From a virus: a stretch of DNA of 64,000 nucleotides. This document shows, piece by piece, positions 20,470-29,300 of the stretch. How positions within the stretch are numbered: position 1 is the stretch's first letter; the number at the start of each line of letters is the position of its first letter. The translations under genes and the position numbers were made by a program. Under the pieces are notes generated by a model. That model was not told where the DNA came from and made no database searches. It saw only the letters and a list, made by a program, of their open reading frames with translations. The stretch spans positions 28,306-92,305 of the IMG/VR virus record IMGVR_UViG_3300025108_000024; one strand, 5' to 3'.

Positions 20470-21702
20470 TTAGATTGCTTGATAGGTTAATTCACAAATG
20501 TTACCCATTATAGGGTGTTGTAGTTCTAGTTTACCGGATCTTCTATTACATACATATTTATTAGAGTAATGATAATAATCCGTTTTACCCAGACTAGGTA
20601 AAGTTTTTTCTATAAAACCTGCTGTTTCATTAGAAGTCATATATTCTACTCTTCTATCTGTATGAATGTGTCCTTTGAATAATGATCTGTTTATAGTAGC
20701 TCCCCATTGTTTGGGGTATTCACTAGCATATATTAAAGGATTATTTTTACTTCTTTTATCTCCGTGTTCAAAAGCGTTAAAGTTATTACCAAATACATGG
20801 ACTTTTCTTTCCTCATATTTAATATCCCAAACTATTTCTTTTGATTTTATAGAGTTAGCTAAAGCATGTACCAAATGAAATGAAGATAATCTGTCATGAT
20901 TTCCAGGTACATATACAATTACTAGTTCCTTACAAAAAGCTTTGATATAATTAATAGCCCAGTGCATAGCATCAAATGCCTGCATATAAGCTTCTGTTGC
21001 AGACATACAGTTATCTAGACCAGTTCCACTTGTTGTTGTACCATCAAATGTGTCCATGTTTATTAAATCACCACCTACAACAAAATACATTTTTTCTATA
21101 TAGTGTGAAGTAACTGCTCTTTGTATAAGATTTTTTACTGTATCTTCAAAGTCTTTATCTATTGTATCATTACCTTCTTTTCCAAAATGAATGTCTTGTA
21201 AAGACATAACACCACATACAAGCTCTCTGTTGCTCTTTTTAATCTTTGATGATGGTATTGTATAAGTCTTAGGCTTCCATCTTTCTAGAAGCTCTTTAAA
21301 TAGTTTTTCCTCTGGATTTTTAACTTGTGATACTAAAGCAGATACTCTCCAGTGATCACCCATTTGTTTATTCCAATACTGAGACAGCTTCCACTTATCA
21401 GTATCTATTTTTAGCAATTGAATTATTTCTTCTGCACTTTTAGGTTCATGATCAAAGGTACCTGATATCTTACCCTCTCCTTTTTCTAAATCTATTGCTT
21501 CTGCTATTTCAGCATTTTTAGATGCTAAACCAAAAAACTTACGTTTTTTTCTATCTTTTTTCCTTTCAGTTTTTCTTTCTTGTAATACTTCTTCTTTAAG
21601 TTTAATGTACTCAGCTTCACTAATACCCAGTCTTTTACTACTGATAGAAGGATGCTTTTTCCATTTTAAACTTTCTTTTACTTTTTGCTTTATGCTTGCC
21701 AT
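20470..21702 (-). CDS. Calcineurin-like metallophosphoesterase with basic N-terminal domain
   Basis: All five motifs present: DIHFG, GGDLI, PGNHD, HGD, GHIH. Confidence 0.85.
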   Translation of the reverse strand: MASIKQKVKESLKWKKHPSISSKRLGISEAEYIKLKEEVLQERKTERKKDRKKRKFFGLASKNAEIAEAIDLEKGEGKISGTFDHEPKSAEEIIQLLKIDTDKWKLSQYWNKQMGDHWRVSALVSQVKNPEEKLFKELLERWKPKTYTIPSSKIKKSNRELVCGVMSLQDIHFGKEGNDTIDKDFEDTVKNLIQRAVTSHYIEKMYFVVGGDLINMDTFDGTTTSGTGLDNCMSATEAYMQAFDAMHWAINYIKAFCKELVIVYVPGNHDRLSSFHLVHALANSIKSKEIVWDIKYEERKVHVFGNNFNAFEHGDKRSKNNPLIYASEYPKQWGATINRSLFKGHIHTDRRVEYMTSNETAGFIEKTLPSLGKTDYYHYSNKYVCNRRSGKLELQHPIMGNICELTYQAI

Positions 21703-21744
21703 AATAAAAATTTAAAGGTTTTCCAAATATATTAAAAATTTTTA

Positions 21745-21814
21745 TAAAAAAAAAGAAGGCCCCCGTAGGGACCTTCTCCAACGTCAGTAGTAGAAAACCA
21801 ACAAACCACTACTT
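21745..21814 (-). ncRNA. Candidate small RNA: 8-bp hairpin with a 12-nt U/G loop, followed by a UACG-capped intrinsic terminator
   Basis: AGTAGTGG-TTTGTTGGTTTT-CTACTACT, then AGAAGGTCCC-TACG-GGGCCTTCT and a T run. Confidence 0.5.
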
Positions 21815-21821
21815 CTTGTTG

Positions 21822-22409
21822 TTAAGCTAATGTACTTACTAAAATTTCTACAGAAGAACATGTTGATGCTCCTGCAATTGCAAGTATTTTAAATTTATAT
21901 TCTGTGTCTGGTAATAGATTAGTTACTTCAAATGTTGTTTCTGTAGGAACTATAACTGCTGTATTTGCTTGAACCCATCCTGTTGGTGTTACAACAGTAT
22001 CAAAATAAATATTAAATCCTGTACTTAAAGAAGATATACCATCCCAAACAATTGTTAGTTTGTTATTATTCACTGCTTCTGAATAAACGTTATATGGTGC
22101 ATGATGTACATTATCTGCAGTACATGCTCCTAAACCGTTAGCAATCATTAAAGCAAATTTTTGTACAATTTGATCTAATCTTTCTCCTGATTGAATTTTT
22201 AATAAACCAGATGCGGTCTCTATTTGAAAAGTACTACCACAATAACTTACACATTCAGTACACTGAACATCATGACACCTTTCATTTCCTGTTGTACATA
22301 AACTGTAACCACAAGGACCAGATGGAGTTACATCTTTGCAACCACATGGTATATTAGAACAACCACAATCATGTTGTTTTATATTGTTATTATCTTCCCT
22401 ATCTCCCAT
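21822..22409 (-). CDS. Cys-rich virion protein with C-terminal fibronectin type III domain
   Basis: Dense Cys cluster at the N-terminus; LTIVWD...FNIYF...VTNLLPDTEYKFKILA FN3 signature. Confidence 0.7.
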   Translation of the reverse strand: MGDREDNNNIKQHDCGCSNIPCGCKDVTPSGPCGYSLCTTGNERCHDVQCTECVSYCGSTFQIETASGLLKIQSGERLDQIVQKFALMIANGLGACTADNVHHAPYNVYSEAVNNNKLTIVWDGISSLSTGFNIYFDTVVTPTGWVQANTAVIVPTETTFEVTNLLPDTEYKFKILAIAGASTCSSVEILVSTLA

Positions 22410-22427
22410 TTTTAATTTTTTAATATT

Positions 22428-24512
22428 TTATATAAATTCACTGTCATCAATAGTCCATGAAGTTGTTCCACCATTTGTACCTCCTGGAGACGTTATTCTA
22501 ATCCATACTACACTACTAGTTGATTGGGCTTTAGTAAAACTAAATTCAAAATGACCATCACTATGTAAACAAGTATTTGGTGTTTCACCAAAACATTGAC
22601 CAGTACCTCCTATCTGGAAGTTATTTGAACCACCTCTTGCCTGTCCATTTGGATTAGCAACTGTTTTAGAAGTTGTATTATTACAAACGATAGAGTCTAT
22701 TATTTGAATTGTTACTGTTCCCGTTCCTGTCTGATCCCATTCATTTTGTCCTCCAGCATTTCCATTACCAGCACCTACATAATTAAATTGATCTAGACCT
22801 TGATAAACCCCGTTCTGTGGATTAGTAGCAGTTACACTATCACCTACATATAAAGAGTCTGCTACTACTTGTCCTAAAGCTATATCATTTGAGGCAGAGC
22901 TATATATTGCTTGTATTCTATCTGGAACACCTTGTGCATCAAACATAACACGTAATGTACCAGGACCAGTACCAACTGTAAATCCTATTAGATACTCACC
23001 TGCATTACCTCCTGCTGTAATATTGTCACCAGGAGAAATTCCTATTGAAGGTACATTAAATGTAACAGGATTACATCCTACTTCATTACCATTTAAGCTA
23101 ACAGATATTGCAACCGAATAATTTGTATCATCAACTAAATTTGTCAATTGTATTGTTGCATTTACTGGTAGACCACTTTGACTAAATGAAGTAAGTTGAG
23201 TATTATTATCTGTATTAGTAACAACAAATAAATATACTGCAGCTGTACCTAAATAATGATTAAAGGTTATGCTTGCTGTTCCAGCATTTTCATCTATATC
23301 AACCACCTGAACATTTTCTGGACATTGTAGAGCACCTTCAGTTGTATCTGTTACTACAGCATCACATGTATCCTGACCATCTGTAATACAAAAATTAATT
23401 GAAGTAGTTAGTGTACCTACTGTTGTTAAACTAGTATTTGTTAAATCAAAAATATAAGGTGTTGTTGTGCCTGCATAATTTACAAATGAAAATACGTCTT
23501 GTGCTGTAACACCATTAGAATCAGTTATTGTTATTGTTGTACTTCCTCCACAATCATTCCATCCAGATGGTATAACTGATCCTTGAAAAGTTAATTCTAC
23601 ACCCGTTGGATTACCTGAATTATTAACTATTATTTCAGAATCAAAATCAAAGATTATTGAATCACATACACCAGGGCAGCAATTTAATTGTATATCTTGT
23701 ATTGCTTGGTGCATATCACATATGACAATCCAAGCATTTCCCACAGCATGTGCTAGGGTTGTAGGTGAAGCTACCCATCCAGCTACACCACCATATGTTC
23801 CTGGTGATGAAAGCATAGGTTCAGAGCTTGTTACACAGCTTGCTTGATTTACAGCATTTCCAATTAATGGAGGTGCACCTACTGCAGTTTCTAAATCACA
23901 GTATCTCTCTTCTAAAGCTATTAATAATACAGATGCTGCTATTGTTTGATTTTCTAATATACAACTTGAAAAAACTTGAGGATCTCCTCCTCCTATACTA
24001 CAATTACCATCTGCATCTAAAACACAGTCTTCAAGAATAGTTAATCTAATTTCATGATCTGCTAATGTAACTTGAATAATTTGTACTGCTTGAATCAAAG
24101 TACATATCTCATCAGCAAGCAGTATTGCATATTGATCTAATGGTAATGATGTAAATTGATTTCCTTGGTCATCTGTATAAGGAGATAAACAAGCAGGAAG
24201 TGGTATAATAGGTAATTGATAACCGGGCTCATCTTCTTCATCACAAATATAATCTATGATAAATTGAAGTACGTCCTTAACTGTATCTGGTTGAGACTGT
24301 CCTGCTGGAAGCGTACATAGTAAATCTAAACCATCTAAATTTGGTTCAGGTATTACTAGATCACAAAGTTGTTGGGCAAGGGCAGCTATTACATCAGAGA
24401 CTGTATCACCTGTACACAAATCAATACATGGGATATTTGGTCCTTGCCAAATAACACAATTAGAAGATATATTTGAGCACGGTGCTGTGCTGGTTTCAGT
24501 CTTTGGTAACAT
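22428..24512 (-). CDS. Cys-rich acidic structural (head/tail fibre or decoration) protein with FN3-like domain
   Basis: PCSNISSNCVIWQG N-terminus, many Cys, LTNLVDDTNYSVAISV FN3-like strand; preceded by its own promoter motif. Confidence 0.55.
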   Translation of the reverse strand: MLPKTETSTAPCSNISSNCVIWQGPNIPCIDLCTGDTVSDVIAALAQQLCDLVIPEPNLDGLDLLCTLPAGQSQPDTVKDVLQFIIDYICDEEDEPGYQLPIIPLPACLSPYTDDQGNQFTSLPLDQYAILLADEICTLIQAVQIIQVTLADHEIRLTILEDCVLDADGNCSIGGGDPQVFSSCILENQTIAASVLLIALEERYCDLETAVGAPPLIGNAVNQASCVTSSEPMLSSPGTYGGVAGWVASPTTLAHAVGNAWIVICDMHQAIQDIQLNCCPGVCDSIIFDFDSEIIVNNSGNPTGVELTFQGSVIPSGWNDCGGSTTITITDSNGVTAQDVFSFVNYAGTTTPYIFDLTNTSLTTVGTLTTSINFCITDGQDTCDAVVTDTTEGALQCPENVQVVDIDENAGTASITFNHYLGTAAVYLFVVTNTDNNTQLTSFSQSGLPVNATIQLTNLVDDTNYSVAISVSLNGNEVGCNPVTFNVPSIGISPGDNITAGGNAGEYLIGFTVGTGPGTLRVMFDAQGVPDRIQAIYSSASNDIALGQVVADSLYVGDSVTATNPQNGVYQGLDQFNYVGAGNGNAGGQNEWDQTGTGTVTIQIIDSIVCNNTTSKTVANPNGQARGGSNNFQIGGTGQCFGETPNTCLHSDGHFEFSFTKAQSTSSVVWIRITSPGGTNGGTTSWTIDDSEFI

Positions 24513-24558
24513 AAATATCCTATTTTACTACTAATTAAACTAACTAGTATACTACTTT

Positions 24559-24568
24559 AATATACAAA
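24559..24568 (-). promoter_or_regulatory. Late promoter motif TTTGTATATT
   Basis: Exact copy upstream of the gene starting at 24512. Confidence 0.7.
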
Positions 24569-24644
24569 AGTTTTTGTAAACAAACAAGAAGCTTGAATAC
24601 TATTAAGCAGTAAAATAGGATATATTAAAAAAGTATAGTATAGA

Positions 24645-24917
24645 TTATTCTTTTACTTTTTCTATTTCTGTAATAGATCCATCAGCTAGAGATATATTAA
24701 CATGACCATAATTGTCTTGTAATGTACTAGTGAACTTTTGCATTTCTAATTTCATTTCTGCATGATCTTGCAGTAATTCATATTTAGCTATTTCAATGTT
24801 AGCTAAATTATTTATAGCATTTGATAAGCTTTTTTGCAATCCTTGTAAAGTTTCTAACTCACTACTTGTAATAGTTTTAGAAACCGGTGCTGCTTTTTTT
24901 GTTGATTTTTTTGCCAT
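24645..24917 (-). CDS. Hypothetical coiled-coil protein (90 aa)
   Basis: Helical heptad pattern ending YGHVNISLADGSI; last gene of the fibre block. Confidence 0.6.
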   Translation of the reverse strand: MAKKSTKKAAPVSKTITSSELETLQGLQKSLSNAINNLANIEIAKYELLQDHAEMKLEMQKFTSTLQDNYGHVNISLADGSITEIEKVKE

Positions 24918-24977
24918 GACGCATTTGATTTATTTGTTATTATACAAATATAGTAAATTAATTTTAATTTCCTTTTA

Positions 24978-25838
24978 TTATCTTTTTCCTTCTATATTAC
25001 ACATTGCAACCCCAAATTGAGTACCATCTTCCAAAGTTACTGTAATACACATAGCTCTACTATCAACAACCCATCCTGTTATTGCTGCTGGTTTTTGACC
25101 GTCATAACTTACTTCAAATCCACCACCATCTGCACCAGCGGGTCCTTGTGGCCCTTGAGGTCCAGTTGCTCCAGTTGCTCCTTTAGTACCGTTACTACCA
25201 GCAGGCCCTTGTGGCCCAGCAGGTCCTTGAGGTCCTGTATTACCCGTATTTCCTTTTGCTCCGGCTGCACCTGTGTCTCCCTTTGCACCTGCAGGACCCC
25301 TTGCTCCAGCAGCTCCGGCTGCACCTGTATCTCCTTTTGACCCGGCTGGTCCTCTTGCACCAGCTGCACCATCTGATCCAGCTGCTCCAGCGGGTCCCCT
25401 AGCTCCAGCTGCACCGTCTGCCCCAGCTGTTCCTGCCGGACCTCTTGAACCTGCATCACCTTTATCACCTTTGGCTCCAGCTGCTCCATCTGTCCCAGCT
25501 GGCCCTCTAGCTCCAGCATCTCCGGTATCTCCTTTGTCACCCTTAGCACCTCTTGCTCCAGCATCACCAGTATCCCCTTTGTCTCCTTTAGCTCCAGCAT
25601 CTCCTTTAGCTCCAGCATCTCCTTTAGCTCCCCTGTCTCCTTTGGCACCGTCTGATCCGTTTGTACCTGCATCTCCTTTGGCACCTGCATCTCCTTTGGC
25701 ACCTGCGTCACCTTTGTCTCCTTTAGGTCCTTGGCCGCCAGTTGCACCTACAAACTGTGGAAAGTTTGCTGTGTTAAAATTACCAGTGTGTAATACTTCA
25801 TTACCACCTACTGTTGTTCCTTGTTTTAAATCTGCCAT
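24978..25838 (-). CDS. Collagen-like (Gly-X-Y) fibre protein
   Basis: About 200 aa of uninterrupted GXY repeats (GAKGDA, GPAGA). Confidence 0.9.
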   Translation of the reverse strand: MADLKQGTTVGGNEVLHTGNFNTANFPQFVGATGGQGPKGDKGDAGAKGDAGAKGDAGTNGSDGAKGDRGAKGDAGAKGDAGAKGDKGDTGDAGARGAKGDKGDTGDAGARGPAGTDGAAGAKGDKGDAGSRGPAGTAGADGAAGARGPAGAAGSDGAAGARGPAGSKGDTGAAGAAGARGPAGAKGDTGAAGAKGNTGNTGPQGPAGPQGPAGSNGTKGATGATGPQGPQGPAGADGGGFEVSYDGQKPAAITGWVVDSRAMCITVTLEDGTQFGVAMCNIEGKR

Positions 25839-25839
25839 T

Positions 25840-25941
25840 TTATTGTAAGTTTTGATTTAGTGAAACTAAACATTCATTTTCAGAACATCCACTAGAAGTT
25901 CCTCCACATTCAGTGCACATATATTCGTTATTATTTTTCAT
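25840..25941 (-). CDS. Small Cys-rich peptide (33 aa, MKNNNEYMCTECGGTSSGCSENECLVSLNQNLQ)
   Basis: Fills the gap between two genes exactly; CxxC-x6-C-x4-C; below the ORF-track length cutoff. Confidence 0.5.
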   Translation of the reverse strand: MKNNNEYMCTECGGTSSGCSENECLVSLNQNLQ

Positions 25942-27787
25942 TTGATACTTCTTTTATATCTATACCATGTAACTGTCCTAATGTTTGTATATCCATAGGA
26001 TCTACTTCATATATACCAGGTAAAGCCCACCATGTTTTATGTTGTCTAGTACCATTATAATAATCCAACCATCTTAAATGTATTTGATCATCTGATTCTT
26101 TAAATCTAGATACTCTAATATTACCTCCGTTAGCTCCTACACTACCTAAAGTTTTAGTTAAATTATCTGCACTTCCATTTTCATAATTACCAAAAGCCCT
26201 ACACCAATTTTTACTATAAAATTCATTTCCTTGAGCATCAGTAAACCAATGTGGTAAAAACCAATAAGCCATTAAAGACCATTTGTCCTTTTCTATATTA
26301 TAATATGCCGGATAATGTGAGTAAGGATTTGTTGTATTACCAGTGCCAGAATAAGCATATGTAGGTACTTGTGAACCATTACTTCGTGTATGCGTACCAA
26401 AATAATTATTACCACCGGTTTTTTCTTTACAATTCATCCATATTAATCCTACATACATTTTATTAGAATCTATGTTAACATAACCTATATCATTGTATCT
26501 ATTAGAATCACTTGTTAGATTTTTACCTTCATGGATAGAATATTCATTTCTTGCTGTAAGTGTCCTATCAAACCATCTTACATCTTGTGAATCAAAACCA
26601 GACCCAAGTCTTGAATCTCCTAAATTTGGTTGATTAGTTAAGTTTCTATCTGATGCCCAAAGGTTATAATATGATGTAGCATCTCCTAGCTTAAAACCTA
26701 TATGCTCTGATATATGTCTAGCTGACATTACATTATTTTGCAAACAGACTGTCTTTTTAGTTTGTGGTTTAAATCCACATCTTTGAATTTGTATATTTCT
26801 TATAGAGGAAACACCTGTATCTATATTACTAGGCATATGATAATGACCAGTTCTTAAATATTTAGCTGCAGCGTTTCCTGTATTACTTCCACTTGCTGTA
26901 TCTGCTGCTCTATCCCATCTATAAAAAAGCTCAAATGTTTCCCATTCTACAGAATAATTACTAACAGCAGAAGATCTAATCCAACCATCTGTATCTGATG
27001 CACTCCAAAAATAAGAAGTTACTTTACCACCTGCGTTTAATCTATCTAGACTAACTTTTTGTTGACCTGTCATTCTAACATATTCTCCATCATACAAGGA
27101 GTTTCTACCTGTTTCATCTATAGTAAAATATTTATGATGAAAACCGTATCCTGTACTGGCATAGTTTATTTCAACTATGCTTTCTCCATTTGTAATTTCT
27201 GGACCATATCCCTCAGCTCCTAGCATATCCCAATCATCAGATACTGAAAATGTTACGTAAGCTGCATCTGCACCACTTGTATTTGAGTGTAATGCTTCTT
27301 TTATAATTCCTAATCTGCTTGTTCCTATTGCAGCGTATGGATGCCTGTGAGTTGGTCCATTTGGTAAGCCTGGTAATTTAAACCAGTGGTTAGCTCTTAC
27401 TAAATTCATTGCATCTGCAAGACCTGAATTAGTTCCTATAGCATCAAAAGAAGACATACAATAAATGACATTTCCTAATTCACCTGATTGTATATCCATT
27501 AATTTTTTTGCCAAATTATCTCTCTCAAGTTCTGAACCATATACGTCATATCTTCTAATAGAAGTTACAAGCTCCATAGTACCATGATCTAAAATTGCTA
27601 AGGATATTCCTCTACCTCCAACGTTTTCTCCTTGTTGTTTTCCTTCTCTATTTATCCAACGGATATATCCAACCCCGGTATCATTAGCATTATAACTAGT
27701 ACCTTTAACTTGGATATTAGCAACTAAGTCTCCTTGTGGTTCAGAAAACTCATTATGTTTTAATTCTCTTAAAGTTGTTAAATCCAT
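25931..27787 (-). CDS. Tail-associated protein with ILEI/FAM3 (GG-type lectin) domain plus CBM-like domains
   Basis: GRGISLAILD...YDVY...SSFDA...RHPYAAIG matches the ILEI pattern; aromatic-rich beta-sandwich C-terminus. Confidence 0.6.
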   Translation of the reverse strand: MDLTTLRELKHNEFSEPQGDLVANIQVKGTSYNANDTGVGYIRWINREGKQQGENVGGRGISLAILDHGTMELVTSIRRYDVYGSELERDNLAKKLMDIQSGELGNVIYCMSSFDAIGTNSGLADAMNLVRANHWFKLPGLPNGPTHRHPYAAIGTSRLGIIKEALHSNTSGADAAYVTFSVSDDWDMLGAEGYGPEITNGESIVEINYASTGYGFHHKYFTIDETGRNSLYDGEYVRMTGQQKVSLDRLNAGGKVTSYFWSASDTDGWIRSSAVSNYSVEWETFELFYRWDRAADTASGSNTGNAAAKYLRTGHYHMPSNIDTGVSSIRNIQIQRCGFKPQTKKTVCLQNNVMSARHISEHIGFKLGDATSYYNLWASDRNLTNQPNLGDSRLGSGFDSQDVRWFDRTLTARNEYSIHEGKNLTSDSNRYNDIGYVNIDSNKMYVGLIWMNCKEKTGGNNYFGTHTRSNGSQVPTYAYSGTGNTTNPYSHYPAYYNIEKDKWSLMAYWFLPHWFTDAQGNEFYSKNWCRAFGNYENGSADNLTKTLGSVGANGGNIRVSRFKESDDQIHLRWLDYYNGTRQHKTWWALPGIYEVDPMDIQTLGQLHGIDIKEVSNEK

Positions 27788-27797
27788 TGATTTAGTA

Positions 27798-29300
27798 TTA
27801 TACTGTAAATCTCATAGTTACTCCATCAAAAGAAATACCAGATCCGGCAATTCCTAAAGTAGTACCACTAAAAGTTAAGTTTGATTCTGCTTGTACAGTT
27901 GATCCACCTGTTGCTGTAATTACTCTATTATTAGCATTTGATGTTACAGCTAAAGTATCACCAGTATCTCCCTTATCTCCCTTATCACCTTTGTCTCCTT
28001 TGTCTCCTTTTGATCCATTTGTTCCGTCTGTGCCATTTGTCCCGTCTATTCCGTCTTTTCCGTTTGTTCCGTTTGTTCCAGGGTCACCTTTATCTCCCTT
28101 ATCTCCTTTTGATCCGTTAGTCCCATCAGTTCCATTAGTTCCAGGATCACCCTTGTCTCCTTTATCCCCTTTAGCTCCATCAGTTCCATTTGTACCATCG
28201 GTACCATTAGTTCCATCTGCTCCAGGTAATCCACGTGAACCGTCTGATCCATCTGTACCATTCGTTCCTGGATCTCCTTTATCACCTTTTGCACCTTTAC
28301 CTCCATCAACACCGTCAGTACCATTTGTACCTGGATCACCTTTGTCCCCCTTGGGTCCTCTTGCCCCATCTGTTCCATCAGTTCCGTCAGTCCCATCAGT
28401 TCCTGCGTCACCCTTATCACCTTTATCACCTTTAAGTCCTCTAGGTCCAGTTTGCCAAGATGTTAAACCACTATCAGCATTATAGTCTGTATCATTTGGT
28501 AATATTATAACACCCGGCATCCACTTTAAAGATCCTGTATCTGCATTATGTTGAGCTATCAGTAACCATTCTTCATCAGGAAGAACTGAAGCTCCATTGT
28601 AATCAAGAACTTTAAGGCTTCCTGTATTATATGCTTTACCTGCTTGATGTACCCAATATACACCGTGCCAACTTGGAACTTGAATACCTGTATTAGCTGG
28701 AATATCTATGTGTCCATTAGTACTAAAGTTTTTACTTACAGGTATACATATAATTCTACTTGACCATTTTAATGTAGACCCAGTCCAAGTAACAGTCCCA
28801 CCACCACTCATTGAGTAGTTAGCATGTGCATTCTCAATTATAGGACTAAGATCTTGATCTACCCTTGCACCAGCTTGAATACCATCTAATTTTGTTTTTA
28901 ATGCTGCTGTAAAGTTTTTGGTAGTTAGGCCACCATCACCTACGGAATAAGTAGTATCTTTATCTACAGTTGTAACGCTAGATGTTGTAGCATCTGCATG
29001 TGTGAAAGTTATAGTATCATTATCTACAGATGCTGATACAATAGGATTTTTAGTCTTATCAAGTTTGTCACCAATCTGACTAGATATTGTTGTAGCAAAG
29101 TTTGGATCATCACCAAGTGCAGCAGCCAATTCATTTAATGTATCTAATGTATTAGGAGCTGAATCAATTAAATTTGTTATAGAAGTTGTTACAAATTCTT
29201 TTGTAGCAACCGTTTTACCTAAGTGAGTCATTACATCCGTAGATGCAATTTGTTCTCCGCTTATGTTTAATTCTCTTTTAGATGGTGTAGTTGTTGCCAT
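27798..29300 (-). CDS. Tail fibre with collagen-like segment
   Basis: LIDSAPNTLDTLNELAAALGDDPNFATT fibre motif; about 165 aa of GXY repeats (GDKGDK, GTNGTD). Confidence 0.85.
   Translation of the reverse strand: MATTTPSKRELNISGEQIASTDVMTHLGKTVATKEFVTTSITNLIDSAPNTLDTLNELAAALGDDPNFATTISSQIGDKLDKTKNPIVSASVDNDTITFTHADATTSSVTTVDKDTTYSVGDGGLTTKNFTAALKTKLDGIQAGARVDQDLSPIIENAHANYSMSGGGTVTWTGSTLKWSSRIICIPVSKNFSTNGHIDIPANTGIQVPSWHGVYWVHQAGKAYNTGSLKVLDYNGASVLPDEEWLLIAQHNADTGSLKWMPGVIILPNDTDYNADSGLTSWQTGPRGLKGDKGDKGDAGTDGTDGTDGTDGARGPKGDKGDPGTNGTDGVDGGKGAKGDKGDPGTNGTDGSDGSRGLPGADGTNGTDGTNGTDGAKGDKGDKGDPGTNGTDGTNGSKGDKGDKGDPGTNGTNGKDGIDGTNGTDGTNGSKGDKGDKGDKGDKGDTGDTLAVTSNANNRVITATGGSTVQAESNLTFSGTTLGIAGSGISFDGVTMRFTV

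Noticed and set aside
25017-28485. Several 60-212 aa ORFs overlapping the collagen genes on other frames or the opposite strand
   Set aside because: Shadow frames created by stop-poor GXY repeats; no independent starts or signals.
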